A stretch of DNA of 64,000 nt, taken from NCBI GenBank assembly GCA_001600815.1, contig BCKZ01000028.1, forward strand, positions 1 to 64,000. Direction: 5' to 3'. Below are positions 1-11,915 of this stretch, piece after piece (position 1 is the first letter of the stretch; every line of letters starts with the position of its first letter). The notes beneath the pieces were generated by a model. That model was not told the origin of the DNA. It saw nothing but the letters and a program-made list of their open reading frames with translations, and ran no database searches. This DNA comes from Alloascoidea hylecoeti. Lineage: Eukaryota. The translations under genes and the position numbers were made by a program.

Positions 1-261
1 CGGTGACATAAGAAAACAAAATTTTATAGAAAGTTCTGATGGAACTATTTACTTTATAGATTTCGGTTTCTCCAGCAGTAGAGCACAACTTAAAAGTATT
101 TCAAGTGAAGGAATAGAAGAACAACTGGAAACTGGAAAGAGACATGATATTGCAGAGTTGTATGGTCTGAGATGAGGTCAAAATAATTTATTATTTGTAA
201 TTGAATATCATATTTCATCCTTTTTATTTTGGATTATAATATAAATAACAAATTAGTGATA
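1..261 (+). repeat. Dispersed inverted repeat copy A, paired with 23338-23598
   Basis: Aligned by eye with one clear mismatch (around position 220) plus Ns in copy B. Identity stops abruptly after ...AAATTAGTGATA. Confidence 0.92.
2..175 (+). CDS. 3' end of a nuclease-kinase (Crinkler/Spok-like) gene, copy 1; kinase C-lobe, truncated by the window edge
   Basis: Frame 2 reads GDIRKQNFIESSDGTIYFIDFGFSSSRAQ...LYGLR*, containing a catalytic loop (H)GDxxxxN and DFG. It is the near-exact reverse complement of 23424-23597. Confidence 0.8.
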   Translation, partial: GDIRKQNFIESSDGTIYFIDFGFSSSRAQLKSISSEGIEEQLETGKRHDIAELYGLR

Positions 262-409
262 TGTGCAATATAGTTTCATAAATAATAGTTAGTCTTTTTA
301 AAGGATATGATTTTAATTCAGTGGAGAATAAAACATGTAGATTAGATTTTGTTCTCCTTTTATTTTGTTTCTTAACTAACTAATTCAAAAATAGCGCTAT
401 TAATAGGTG

Positions 410-1210
410 GAAGGACTGTACTGTTAGAATTAAGGGATATAGTCAAGTATATATAGAATTATTATTATAATTTAAAGCGTCTGTCACCTAGATCTGTAGA
501 ATTTTACAGAAGCAATGTACCATATAAACATAGTATTAGTTCACAAGCTTATTCTAACGTTTTAAAGTACCAAATAGAACCATTTATATGCGATATTTTC
601 AGGTAATTATGCTATTGTAGATCTTGGACGGGTCTTAAATTCCCACATCAAGTAAATTAAGACTTTCTTTTGACTACGTAAAAACAAATTTAAATATTCA
701 TTCTAAAGAAAGTGGCTCTTCTATTAGTCGACCTGCTTAATCCCAATTTTCACCCTCCAATCATTGAAGTGAAACTAATTTTTATGCTTACTACACCCAT
801 GCTTATGATACACGATATTCCCGAAAGCTATCATTAATCCAATTACATATTACATTCCATATTTACAGCTGTAGTCTATACACAGATGTGGTATACACTG
901 CTACACTATTTGTAGAATAAGGTTAAATAATATATGCATATGCATATTGAGGCATGAGATTTATAACCACAAAAGTAACAAGATTGTTAATCATATATGG
1001 GCTATATCTTTTCTGTTTTAGTCTTCTTTTCTTTAGTTTTAGCACACTTTTAGTTTTCAATATAAATTTTAGTTTCTTCAAACGTTTAGTAATACTCATT
1101 ATTACTTTACATCACTAGTAGTTATGGTTTTATAATGAACGACTTTCAGAACTTCGATATGCCTTATGATTATCAGAATTATGAGATAAAATGTCTACTA
1201 CCCCAGATAA
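410..1210 (-). repeat. Orphan copy of the upstream/promoter region of the NCE102-like repeat unit, with no attached gene
   Basis: Shares blocks with the upstream regions of other units. TACTGTTAGAATTA also occurs at ~3987, CAGGTAATTA at ~6018, CCCGAAAG..CATTAATCCAATT at ~10284, and TTTCAGAACTTC...CCCCAGAT at ~11600. Confidence 0.6.
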
Positions 1211-1289
1211 AAATTAGTATAGAGAGACGGAACTTAAAGAAAGCCGTAAGGAGGAGACTCTATACCAGTATATATATAAGCTGAATATC

Positions 1290-1970
1290 CTGCTAAATTA
1301 TTGCACCAATACCTCCCATGTTAACAGGTCCTTCAACGTCTGCTCCGTGATAACGTCCAATGTTCTGCTCTCACCAACACCACTGACAAACTAGTTCACC
1401 AAACGAAAATGAACAGCAAGAATAATAATCCGCTGTATTCTCGGTCGTGCATTTGACTATGCTCACCACTATTACACACACACTCCAGCACCCCGTGAAC
1501 GGAAAAAATCAGAAACTTTACTCCTTATATATCCTCTAGAAATGTGAAATTTATATAACACTCGAATTACCAGTGGAGTCACCAATCTTTTTCAATTTTA
1601 TTACATAATACATACAAGAGAACAACCACATGCACTACAGCTATTCATTTCAACTCCAGATATAGAAATGTATTATCACTGGATTAGAATGAATTACCAA
1701 ACGCTTCTGTAAATAACCAACATTCAGAAATTCCTTTCCCAAGACAGGGTGATAAATTTACCTATCGTGAAAATTTTTTAGTTATTCTGCTGCTTATCAA
1801 TCTCCTGATGGACCATGGAATGAAATGATCACATTATAGGAAGATTTCCAGTATGATTGCTACAACTCCATGATCCTAAAAATCATAGCCACAAACAATA
1901 CCGAGAAGTATTCTACATTTTTGATTATATATGATTGTATAATCAATTCTAAAAGGGAGTAGTGGTATCA
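1290..1970 (+). mobile_element. Possible heavily decayed Ty1/copia pol relic
   Basis: Broken frames give SSPNEN..RCILGRAFDYAHHYYTHTP (integrase-like SPxxNG..A..Y.YN.TP) and SYSAAYQSPDGPW (like the RT N-terminal SYxEA..SP..W). Purine tract AAAAGGGAG at ~1951. No LTR pair was seen. Confidence 0.25.
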
Positions 1971-2110
1971 TTGTATTAAAAACTGCAATTAAAAAAGATA
2001 TATAGACTCATGTTTAGTCTTAGAGTAATATTTCAAAGCTATATAACTTAAAAGTTGAAAATAAAATCTAGGATATATTGTATAGTTGAAATTAGATGTA
2101 TTATAAGATT

Positions 2111-2392
2111 CTAATTATTTTTTAAAGGCTTTTCAAAAGGATTAGATTTCATCTCAAGATTTTCTGAATAAGCACCACTGACTTGCTGAGAATTTGATCT
2201 TCCTAGGGTGTCTCATCACCTCCTGCTAATGTAAGAATCAAGCTCAATGAATCAGTTGTAAGAACTAATATCGGTTTCATTCTCATAAAAAATGAAAGAA
2301 ATAAATGCAATTATTCTTAGGATGAAATCAGATATAATAACCTTATGGCCAGCAACTAGTGTGGTTTTTGTGAGAATATTGCTCAACTGCAT
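2111..2392 (-). pseudogene. Internally deleted NCE102-like relic
   Basis: Fragments MQLSNILTKT..GHKVIISDFILRIIA, MKPILVLTTDSLSLILTLAGG and RSNSQQVSGAYSENLEMKSNPFEKPL* match the paralogs, with two large deletions and frameshifts. Confidence 0.8.
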
Positions 2393-3450
2393 AGTTGGTT
2401 GAATAAAGTTTTTTCAAATATTGTAGAAAATAAAGGAGATAGTCAAATTTATAAGATATAGAAATCTTACAGCGCTACGTCTATCCTGCGTAATAAATAT
2501 AGTGCAGAATCTTATTTATTTTATAGTCACTTTATATGATTGTATTTACACCAATTGCAAGTTTCCAACATCCAACATAAAGTAACTCCTAAGCCCCTTT
2601 AGATCTTTTAAAGGACAAAAAAGGAAAATTTAAGAATAATCTTTTCAGATATGCTCTTTTATGCTTTGGAGCAGCCTTATATTCAGGCACATAAAATTTA
2701 TAACATCTTTTATTTTTCACTCCATCAATATCATAAGTAGATCTTACGATCAAGTATTTGTACATTTTCTTTTAGCCATACATAAATATCAATTCCAAAG
2801 AAAATTAGTACATTCTATTAATCGATTGGCTTGATTGAAAATTTAAACTGATTATTACACTCAAATAAGAGTCATAACATAACCTATACCGACATTCCCG
2901 ATAAGTATCAATTAATCCAATCATATTCCATATTTGTGGTCTTAGTCATATATATATACTACTAACCAGAGACAGAGACTATATATTCATGTAATTCCTA
3001 ATAACGATTATCCCGGATCTAAAAGGATGGTTATAAATGGTTATAACAAGCGTGCTTCAAGTTCAAAAAAAAGAGGAATTATTATACTATTTGGATTCAT
3101 ATGCGTATTGAGTCTACTATCGACTCATTGAAATTTATTGCATAATTAGTGTTATGTAAAATTAATTGTAGATAAGCTTATGACTTACATAGAGAGAGAT
3201 ATGAGTCGGGAGATTGAGCTAGTGAGCTCAATACGGTAACTCGGGGAAAAACTATTACCCAACACAAAACAAAATATTAAACAAATATTATCAGAATTAT
3301 AAGATTGAGTATATTTTAATGTTGAAAATGTTTGTATTATATGAATCTAATTTTTTAAAGAGTCTTCAAATGGGTTAGAATTCATCCTAAAATTATCTAG
3401 ATATGTGTACCATGTTACACATAGAACTAACTTGTTTACAATTCTATTCT

Positions 3451-3960
3451 CTATGCATTAGATCTCTTCCCAATAATATTTTCCTCCTCTGAAGTTCTAT
3501 GATGACCAAAGGTTTTGACAACTGTTATTAAAAGTGAACCAATATATAAAAAGAATAGAAAAAATAGGAAAGTTGTACATGCTTTTCCTGCGGAGCAATG
3601 ATTATGTTTCTTTGAACATTGTTGAGACTTATGACCTAAAGAAACACCTGCTGCAAATGTAAAGATCAAATTAAACTCGTCTGTTATTAGAACTGATATC
3701 GGCTTGATTCTTTTACAGAAATAAATTGATATTCCAAATATAGATCCATATAGTGTTGAAAATGTGGAAGCAAATATTGCAAAATTAGCACTTGAAGATT
3801 TAGTCCCTGAATATGTAGTAGATGATATTGATAAAATAAATGCTACAACTCCAAAAATCAGTGCAATTGTTCTTAAGATTAAATCAGATGTAAGAATATT
3901 ATGACCACCAATTTTAGTGGTGTTTGTGAAGAAGGAACTTTTTGAGTTGATGAGCAACAT
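3451..3960 (-). CDS. NCE102/FHN1-like MARVEL 4-TM membrane protein, copy with truncated C-terminal tail
   Basis: Motifs DLILR, SSxxNFAIFA, D..N.IFTFAAG..L and C-x6-C..GKA..FLFF resemble Nce102. The old NPFED tail lies downstream of the stop, at ~3350-3400. Confidence 0.8.
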   Translation of the reverse strand: MLLINSKSSFFTNTTKIGGHNILTSDLILRTIALIFGVVAFILSISSTTYSGTKSSSANFAIFASTFSTLYGSIFGISIYFCKRIKPISVLITDEFNLIFTFAAGVSLGHKSQQCSKKHNHCSAGKACTTFLFFLFFLYIGSLLITVVKTFGHHRTSEEENIIGKRSNA

Positions 3961-5147
3961 AGATGATTAGGTGAAGAAGTTCCGAATACTGTTAGAATTA
4001 GTGGATTTATTGGGATATATACAGATATATTTAAGTGACACGTCTGTTTTCTGCAGTTGAACTGAACGTAATGGTATTCTCACACCTACGGATTCCGGTA
4101 TCCCCGTTAATTATCAATTGTTACATTTCAACTACGAATTGCAATACCAGCAAGAAATATAGATCATCAAGAATATATTACTGAAATCTGATTAATCTCG
4201 TAATTCTGATATATATTCGATATTTCCTTGTAAATCTTGCTCTGGTGTCTGCCGTTCCACGATATAGGGAATTGAGTTTAGAGATCACCAACTTCAATCT
4301 TAAAACACAATTACAAGTATGTTACAATTAGCTGGAAAGTGCCTTATGTGTATCATTTGATGCGTCTATTTTAAAAGAATAGTATAATATCTGACCAACC
4401 CCAAAATGCTGAAAAAGTTGCATCTCAAAAGTTAATCCTCTTTTTACAATTGCCGGTTCATCACCATCTATCCAAGATGTACAAAGAATCTAAAGAACTA
4501 AAAGAGAGAAAGGAACAAGCTCATAATCTCTTCGTTAAATTCAGAAATATTAGAGTTGTGTTGCAAACTCGTTTGCCTAAAAAAACTTTTCTCCACTCTT
4601 GAGCTGAAGGAGCTTGTTTAAAAACTATTGATTTTGTAGCGCGTGAAAAATGATCGATCTCAAAATTTTCGAAGAAGAAACGAATCAATCAAGCACATTA
4701 AAAGATTTACACTGGTAATCGAAGGAGATCACCCACTTTTCTTATAAAAATACTAGAAAACTGGACGCTTATAGCTATTTGTAGTGGAATTCAAATATGT
4801 AAGAGAAGAAAAAGCACTAGTTACACACAATTAGCTTGAGATAGCAAAGGGAAATATGAGCCGGTAGATTGGAGTAAGTGGGTTCAATACACTACATCGT
4901 AAAACAACGCTCAAATTCCAACGAAATTTACAAAATATAAAATAGCGAATCCATATTATCAAAATTATGAGAATAATTATATTTTAGTAATACAATTTTT
5001 AATACTTTATATTTGTTGCCGGTTTTGTAATTTATGGTGGCAACATAACTATGTTGTAGTGTCCGAGTACTCTGCTGTTTACGGTATAAGTGAAAAATAA
5101 AATTAAGCATGCCTATTAATATGTAACAATGGTTGTATTATAAAATT

Positions 5148-5741
5148 TTATTTTTCTAAGGGGGTTGAAAATGGGTTAGAATATATCTCATTAGTATCTG
5201 GATATGTTCCACTGGCTTGTTGAGAATGTGATTTTCCTAAGCTTTCATTATCAAAATTACTTTCTTCCTTTGAATTTTTATAGTTATTGAAGGCTCTGAC
5301 AATTGATATTAAAAGTGAACCAATATATAAAAAGAATAGAAAAAATAAGAAAGTCGCACCTGCTTTACCCGCAGAGCAATGATTATGTTTCTTTGAACAT
5401 TGTTGAGACTTATGACCTAAAGCAACACCTGCTGCAAATGTAAAGATCAAGTTCCATACATCAGTTATTAAAACTAATATTGGCTTGATTCTTTTAAACA
5501 TATAAATTGATATTCCAAATATAGATCCATATATTATTGAAAATACTGAAGCAAATATTGCAAAATTAGCACTTGAAGATTTAGTCCCTGAATATGTAGT
5601 GGATGATATAGATAAAGCGAAAGATATTATTCCAAGCACCAATGCGATTGTTCTTAAGATTAAATCAGATGTAAGAATATTATGGCCACCAATTTGACTG
5701 GTATTTGTGAAAAAGGCATTTTTTGAATTGATGAACTTCAT
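5148..5741 (-). CDS. NCE102/FHN1-like MARVEL protein
   Basis: Paralog highly similar to 3451-3960. The ATG at 5741 (MKFINSK) aligns with the other copies. Ends SNPFSTPLEK. Confidence 0.85.
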   Translation of the reverse strand: MKFINSKNAFFTNTSQIGGHNILTSDLILRTIALVLGIISFALSISSTTYSGTKSSSANFAIFASVFSIIYGSIFGISIYMFKRIKPILVLITDVWNLIFTFAAGVALGHKSQQCSKKHNHCSAGKAGATFLFFLFFLYIGSLLISIVRAFNNYKNSKEESNFDNESLGKSHSQQASGTYPDTNEIYSNPFSTPLEK

Positions 5742-6449
5742 AGCTGGTTGAATAATGAAAACTATGGAAATCAATGGGTACAGCCAAGTATATAAGTTAT
5801 ATAACTATTAAATCTAATCTGTTATAAACGAGGACATGCTGTTTCTGCGGCAGTGCATTTTAATGAACATTAATATTGTAGAACCTTATTCATTACACAG
5901 CCTTTTTATATGATTGTACTTACAACCAATTGGAGGGTGCCAAAATATAACTTGCAACATAATATTAAATCATAAGCCACTTTATTGTCCTTTAAACCAA
6001 TTTATGAATGATATATTCAGGTAATTAAGCCATTGTATGTTTTGTACCTCTTAAATTTTTAAGCGACATTTTATTTTTTGTTCACCTTTAAGACGATTAA
6101 TCGATCTCATGATTAAGTATTTTGCCACTTTCCTTTAGCATCACACAAATATCAATTCCAAATAGAAGGTAATCTTTCTATGGACATATATAAAATATTA
6201 TTATCACAGCTGCAGGCTATATGGTGATGTTTTTATTCCTGTTAGATATCTACTCTTGCACAGTAGGCAAGATCTAGCTTGGATCCGCAGATAACAGTTG
6301 TATGTGTATAGTAGTTACCCTACACTATATTAAATCTCAATTTATCTACGAATTCTGTATTTTTTTCTTTAAAATCTGAATATTCTTTATTATGATTTTT
6401 TTGTGCATACTATAACTGATTACTGAAAATTCTCTTATATATTTTTCAC

Positions 6450-7442
6450 TTTTAGAAAGACTGGATACTACCATAAATAAGTTTTGGAAATAACCCTCAT
6501 ACTCTTAGCGCTACTTATTCTTATTCCCAACTATTCAGAACGAACTCACTTCGTAAATCTTCCAATCTAATAACCATTAACTTTTCAGATGCACTCGTTT
6601 TCACATCATTCTTATCATCTCCAGAATTCCAACCGGAATTAACACCCTGAAAATTGAGTGTTCAAATAATATCAAAACTCTTCCCATTATCTATATATAT
6701 TTTCTTAGTAGTAACCGTTGAATAGAAACCTTCTAATTTATTGTAGATGTCTCTAATACTCTCTATGTGCTTCAACTAAATCATGTGGTTCCGCCATTCC
6801 AAATGTATTCGGAACCTTGGAATTTCAACTGCTATCATATCAAATGAATACAAGTTAGACCCATTCTGCCTTCAAATAGCAAGAAAACTTTTGTTGATGT
6901 TGGTTAATTAAATAAATAAGATTTTATGACCAAGGCAACCTTTTATTACTTGTGATATCAATTCCAAGTTCAGATCCAAATATTATTAGAACCGATGATT
7001 ATACATATATTGTTCATAAAACACAGCTTTTAGTTAATTCGAAAACAATACAGTTAGTAATTACCGCTAAAGTCTTAGAAAGTTCAAAAAGTGCCATAGA
7101 AAATTACAATTTCCTCCCACTGGGTCTCAATTTCAATTTCAATCTAAAGCGATTACAAAGAATATAAGTAATTCTAATTACTATGTTACGGCGGTATCCT
7201 TGGCATAAAGGCGAAATAACTTTCATAAAAGAATCAGTTAAATCATTGACTATGTATATTAGTTCAATTCTCACCTGTGCTGTCACAACTTCTGCGCGTA
7301 TACCTTCTACCAATATTAATACTGTGTAGGAAGAATTGATGGAATAGTAGTAAACAGAGTTAAAATTGAAAATCCCTGGTTGAATAGTAAGCTTTATCTT
7401 TTTAAAGGGCACATTGGAACCAGTTACGTCAAAAAGTGGCAC
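6450..7442 (-). pseudogene. Probable decayed ORF of unknown identity
   Basis: About 140 codons in one frame (6880 to 6455) with sparse stops and protein-like composition (..IESIRDIYNKLEGFYSTV..IRLEDLRSEFVLNSWE..), adjacent to the 112-aa ORF at 7104-7442. Confidence 0.3.
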
Positions 7443-8156
7443 GACCTCTTGAAAATTTGTTTATAATTATATTTAATGTTTGAGTGTATTTGGAATTTAG
7501 TTATTAAATTTTTAAAATATTTTTGCTAACGAAATTTTGTTAATAAATGCATAGTACTACATCTTTAAATTATGAAAATCATGATATATAAGCTCCTGTA
7601 ACTTCGATATATAAAGTTTATCCTGATGTTGCATGTAGTTTATATAATTCAATTTTCAAAATGAGTAAATAAATGCCCTCTTATATTACAATATATATAG
7701 CATCATATATATTAGATTTTCAGTTATTGCTATACCAATAAATCATAATTATAATAGCTTATAATTAATATAACTTACAGCTATATTTTTCTCAAAATTT
7801 TAAATCTCAAACAATAAAGAATACGACATTCTCAGATGAAATATAATGTCTCAACTGCAAATATACCCAAAGCTGCAGGGTCCAAACAAATAGCATAGTA
7901 AAGTTAACCCAATTGAAATATTAGATTGTGTTTCAAAAAACGAGACGCACATTTTGAGCTTATTTCCTGCAATTTTGTGTAAGATGATAGAATTTTTGCA
8001 GTGGGACTTAATGACAGAAATCGATTTAGTGATTTATTACAGCTGGAACAGTTTAGAAATATGTACCTGACATAGGGATTATATCAAATTATATTTAAAC
8101 CTTTAAATATCCGGTTTTGCCTTTTTTCAAATAAGTAACTACTCATACGACTTAAT

Positions 8157-8588
8157 ATGCAACTATTCTCCTCGAATCTTCTCAAAATCTATGTTGGATT
8201 AATTGCTCTTCTTGGTACCAAGGTCGTCGCGGAGGCAGATCCTGCTGTTGTAGTAGTCACACAAACCGAAACTGCTATTACATCCGCTGTTGTTGCAACA
8301 GTTGTTGTCACAGGTGATGTTGTTACTCAAACGCTTACTCGACATGTCCATCATGCCCATTTTGTCGATTCAGATGTTACTTCTACAACAACAATTACAT
8401 CCACTATTTCAACGGACGCTACCATTGAATCTACTGTTACAAGTTATATCACCGAAGCTGCTGCTGAAACAACTACAGCCGCTACAATAGCTGAAAATAA
8501 TAAAGATGTGGTTGTGAACACTGTTGTTAATACTGTTGTTAATACTGTTGTTAATACTGTTGTTAATACCGTTATTGTTACTGCTTAA
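8157..8588 (+). CDS. Small secreted Thr/Val-rich protein with C-terminal VVNT repeats
   Basis: Signal-peptide-like N-terminus followed by AEADPA, Thr/Val-rich body, HVHHAH, and (VVNT)x5. Codon usage looks coding. Confidence 0.75.
   Translation: MQLFSSNLLKIYVGLIALLGTKVVAEADPAVVVVTQTETAITSAVVATVVVTGDVVTQTLTRHVHHAHFVDSDVTSTTTITSTISTDATIESTVTSYITEAAAETTTAATIAENNKDVVVNTVVNTVVNTVVNTVVNTVIVTA
8511..8570 (+). repeat. 12-bp coding minisatellite (GTTGTTAATACT)x5
   Basis: Directly visible. Confidence 0.9.
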
Positions 8589-9206
8589 ATTTAAATATAT
8601 GGAATAAAAATAATGAGTGACTATTTTTTTTTCCTAATTAATAAAATGTTGATATTTTAATAATACATAAAACGATTAATCTAAAGAGAGAGTAAACATA
8701 ATCTCGTTTCTTTTCTATTTATGTGCAAACTTTTTATATTTTTGATAGACTGATTATTTCCCTATTTGGACAAATATCTTCAAATGGATGCAAAAGGCTT
8801 CATTAGCATACTGGAAGAACCCTTAAAAACTATCCGAAGTCGAATTCTGGCGTCTAAGAGGGAAAAGGCACTAATTACATAAATTTCTCAGAAGATTACA
8901 AAGAAAAATGTGTGTCGGAAGCGTGGAGCGAGTGAGTAATCAATACGCTAAATCGTAGAAGAACGTTCTCATCGCTATAAGATTTAAAAAAAAAAATATC
9001 GAATATATATTATCAGAATAATAAGATTAAATAAAGTTTATTGAAAGTATCTATAATAATATATATTTAGTATTGCTCGTTTTGTAATTCATGGTTGCAA
9101 CATCACATTGTTGTATATCCGAATACTATGTCGTCCACTGTGTAAGATAAAATTAAGGATGCATATTGATAAAGTTTATACGTTACAGTGGTTGTATTAT
9201 AAGATT

Positions 9207-9800
9207 CTAATTTTTAAAAGAGTCTGCAAATGGATTAGAAGACATCTCACGATTTTCTAGATATTTACCAGTAACTTGTTGAGAATTTGATTTTACTGAC
9301 CTTTCTTCGTCATTAGCATTTCCCTCTTTTGATTTTTTATAAAAATCAATGGTACTGACAATTGATATTGAAACTAAACCAATAAATAAAAAGAATAGAA
9401 AGAACAAAAAAGTGGCACCTGCTTTACCCACGGAGCAATGTTTATGTTTCTTTGAGCATTTTTGAGAAAAATGAGCTAAAGCAACACCTCCTGCAAATGT
9501 AAACAGCATATTCAATACATCAGTTATTAGAACGAAGATTGGCTTTATTCGTTTACAAAAATTAGCAAATGTTCCAAATATAAACCCATAAACTATTGAA
9601 AATGCTGAAGCATATATTGCAAAATGAGCACTTGAATTGTTAATCCCTTTATCTGTAATAGATGCTATAGTTAATCCCAAAGCTACAATTCCATATACCA
9701 ATACAATTGTCCTTAAGATCAAATCAGATGTAATAATATCATAGCCACCAATTTGAACGGTGTTTGTGAAAAATGCACTTTTTGAATTGAAGAGTTGCAT
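9207..9800 (-). CDS. NCE102/FHN1-like MARVEL protein with NPFxD tail
   Basis: Intact paralog ending MSSNPFADSFKN*. Confidence 0.85.
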   Translation of the reverse strand: MQLFNSKSAFFTNTVQIGGYDIITSDLILRTIVLVYGIVALGLTIASITDKGINNSSAHFAIYASAFSIVYGFIFGTFANFCKRIKPIFVLITDVLNMLFTFAGGVALAHFSQKCSKKHKHCSVGKAGATFLFFLFFLFIGLVSISIVSTIDFYKKSKEGNANDEERSVKSNSQQVTGKYLENREMSSNPFADSFKN

Positions 9801-10597
9801 TTTAGGATTGATGAGTTGTTTTCAAATACTGTTAAAACTAACGGATTAAAATTAATGGAAACAGTCAAATATATATGGAACTATTAATTCTAATTTTTTA
9901 TAACGGGTACGAAGCGATGATGAGCTGCGGCAGTGCAGATTAATAAACGTGGAGTAAGGCCTTATTGTAACCTATACCTCATGATTGAACTAATTCTTAC
10001 AACCAATTGGAAATTGCCAAAATTATACTTGAAACATAATATTAATTCATAAGCCTCTTTAAAGTCCTTTAAAGAACATGGAAAAACAATTTAAGAATGA
10101 TATCATCTGGTAATTAATTTTTAAATTTACGCACACAATCTTGTGTTCTAGCTTTTAGCTCTACAAAAATACCATTACTAAAGACAAGTGACTCTTTTTG
10201 TTAATTGACTTGTTTACTTGCAATACGGATCCTCCGAATTGTTCCAATTGTATCCATTGCCCACATGATTATGACACCTTTATCCCGAAAGTTACCATTA
10301 ATCCAATTAAGTTCCATATAATAAATTTCAGTCAAAGCTGCTTACTATATGATGGTATTATTTCAGTTCAGGATCCACTCTTGATCATGAGGGGACGACA
10401 AATTTAAAAAGTTGTGCGGCTTTTTGGAGTGACGGTTTCAACTGGACTGCTATGCATTTTGCAAAATAACAATTGCAATGTGTGGTATCCGAGTATGATA
10501 ATTTTTCCGAATACTATTCCCTCTACTGTATGGTAAGTTAAAAATAAAATTGGTGATGTATATTGATATATTTTGAAAGTGTTTGTATTATAAGATT

Positions 10598-11176
10598 CTA
10601 ATTTTTAAAAGAGTCTGCAAATGGATTAGAAGACATCTCATTATTTTCTGGATATGCCACTGACTTGTTGAGAGTTTAATTTTGCTAACCTCTCCGTTGA
10701 ATTTTTATGAATACCAATGAATCTGACAATTGATAATGAAACTAAACTAATATATGAAAAGAATATAAGTAACAAGAAAGATGCACCTGCTTTACCAACG
10801 GAACAATGATTATGATGATTCTTTGAGCATTGTTGAGAAAAATGAGCTAATGCAACACCTGCTGCAAATGTAATGTGAGCAAAAAGTTCAATACATCAGT
10901 TATTAGAATAAATATTGAGTTGATTCTTTTAGAAAAATAAAAAAATGTTCCAAATATAGATCCATATACCAACGAAAATGCTGAAGCATATATTGCAAAC
11001 TGGGCACTTGAATTGTTAATCTTTTTATTTGTAATAGCTGCTATATTTAATCTTAATGATACAATTCCAAAAATCGATACAATTATCCTTAGCATTTAAT
11101 CGGATGTAATAATATTATAGCCACAGATTTGAATGGTGTTTGTGAAAAATGCACTTTTTAAATTGAAGAGTTGCAT
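10598..11176 (-). pseudogene. NCE102-like pseudogene
   Basis: ATG at 11176, in-frame TAA at ~11097, small-insertion frameshift at ~10870 and a deletion near 10690. The 3' end is nearly identical to that of 9207-9800. Confidence 0.85.
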
Positions 11177-11915
11177 TTTTGGTTTGATGGATTAAAATTA
11201 ATGGAGATATGGAATTAGTCAAATATATATAGAACCATCTTTTCTGAACTGTTATAATGAAGAGATGATGATTGCTGCGTCTGTAAACTGCGTAGTGCAG
11301 TTTAATAAACATGGATAAGAATCACTATTGAAATGGTTCTTACTAATGGAGATGTTGTGACATGACTAATGCTATATTAGGCTTGCTGCAATTGATGTTA
11401 ATTATAACAGAATAATAATAAGACACAGAGACTATTGTATTCCTACTAGTACTGTACTGAATGATAAATACGGGTCTATTCATTCTATTGGGATGGTGAG
11501 CTTGCGCGACTTAAATTGATATAGACACAGTATATTATAATCTTACTTTACAAGTAGTTAAAATTTTTATAGACGGGTTTTCTAGTAAACTGTAACGGTT
11601 TTCAGAACTTCAATACGCAGAATTATGTGATACCCCAGATTTCCAGAAGTTTTTATTATTATTGATACAATAAGACGAAGCATAATAAATGAAATTAGTG
11701 CTACATCATGACATCGAATGGATATTGTAATAATAATTAGATTAAGCAATATTAAGATCTATTGTTAGTATTTATATTAGTTGTTGGTTGCATGATTTGT
11801 GTTTTCGTGTCCGAGTACTCTGCCTTCTACTGTATAAGATAAAAATAAAATTAAGGATGATATATTTTCCTGCTAACACTGGCTGTATTGTAAGATACTA
11901 ATATTTTTAAAGGGT

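Noticed and set aside
8511..8570. CRISPR-like array
   Set aside because: A spacer-less coding minisatellite in a eukaryotic gene.
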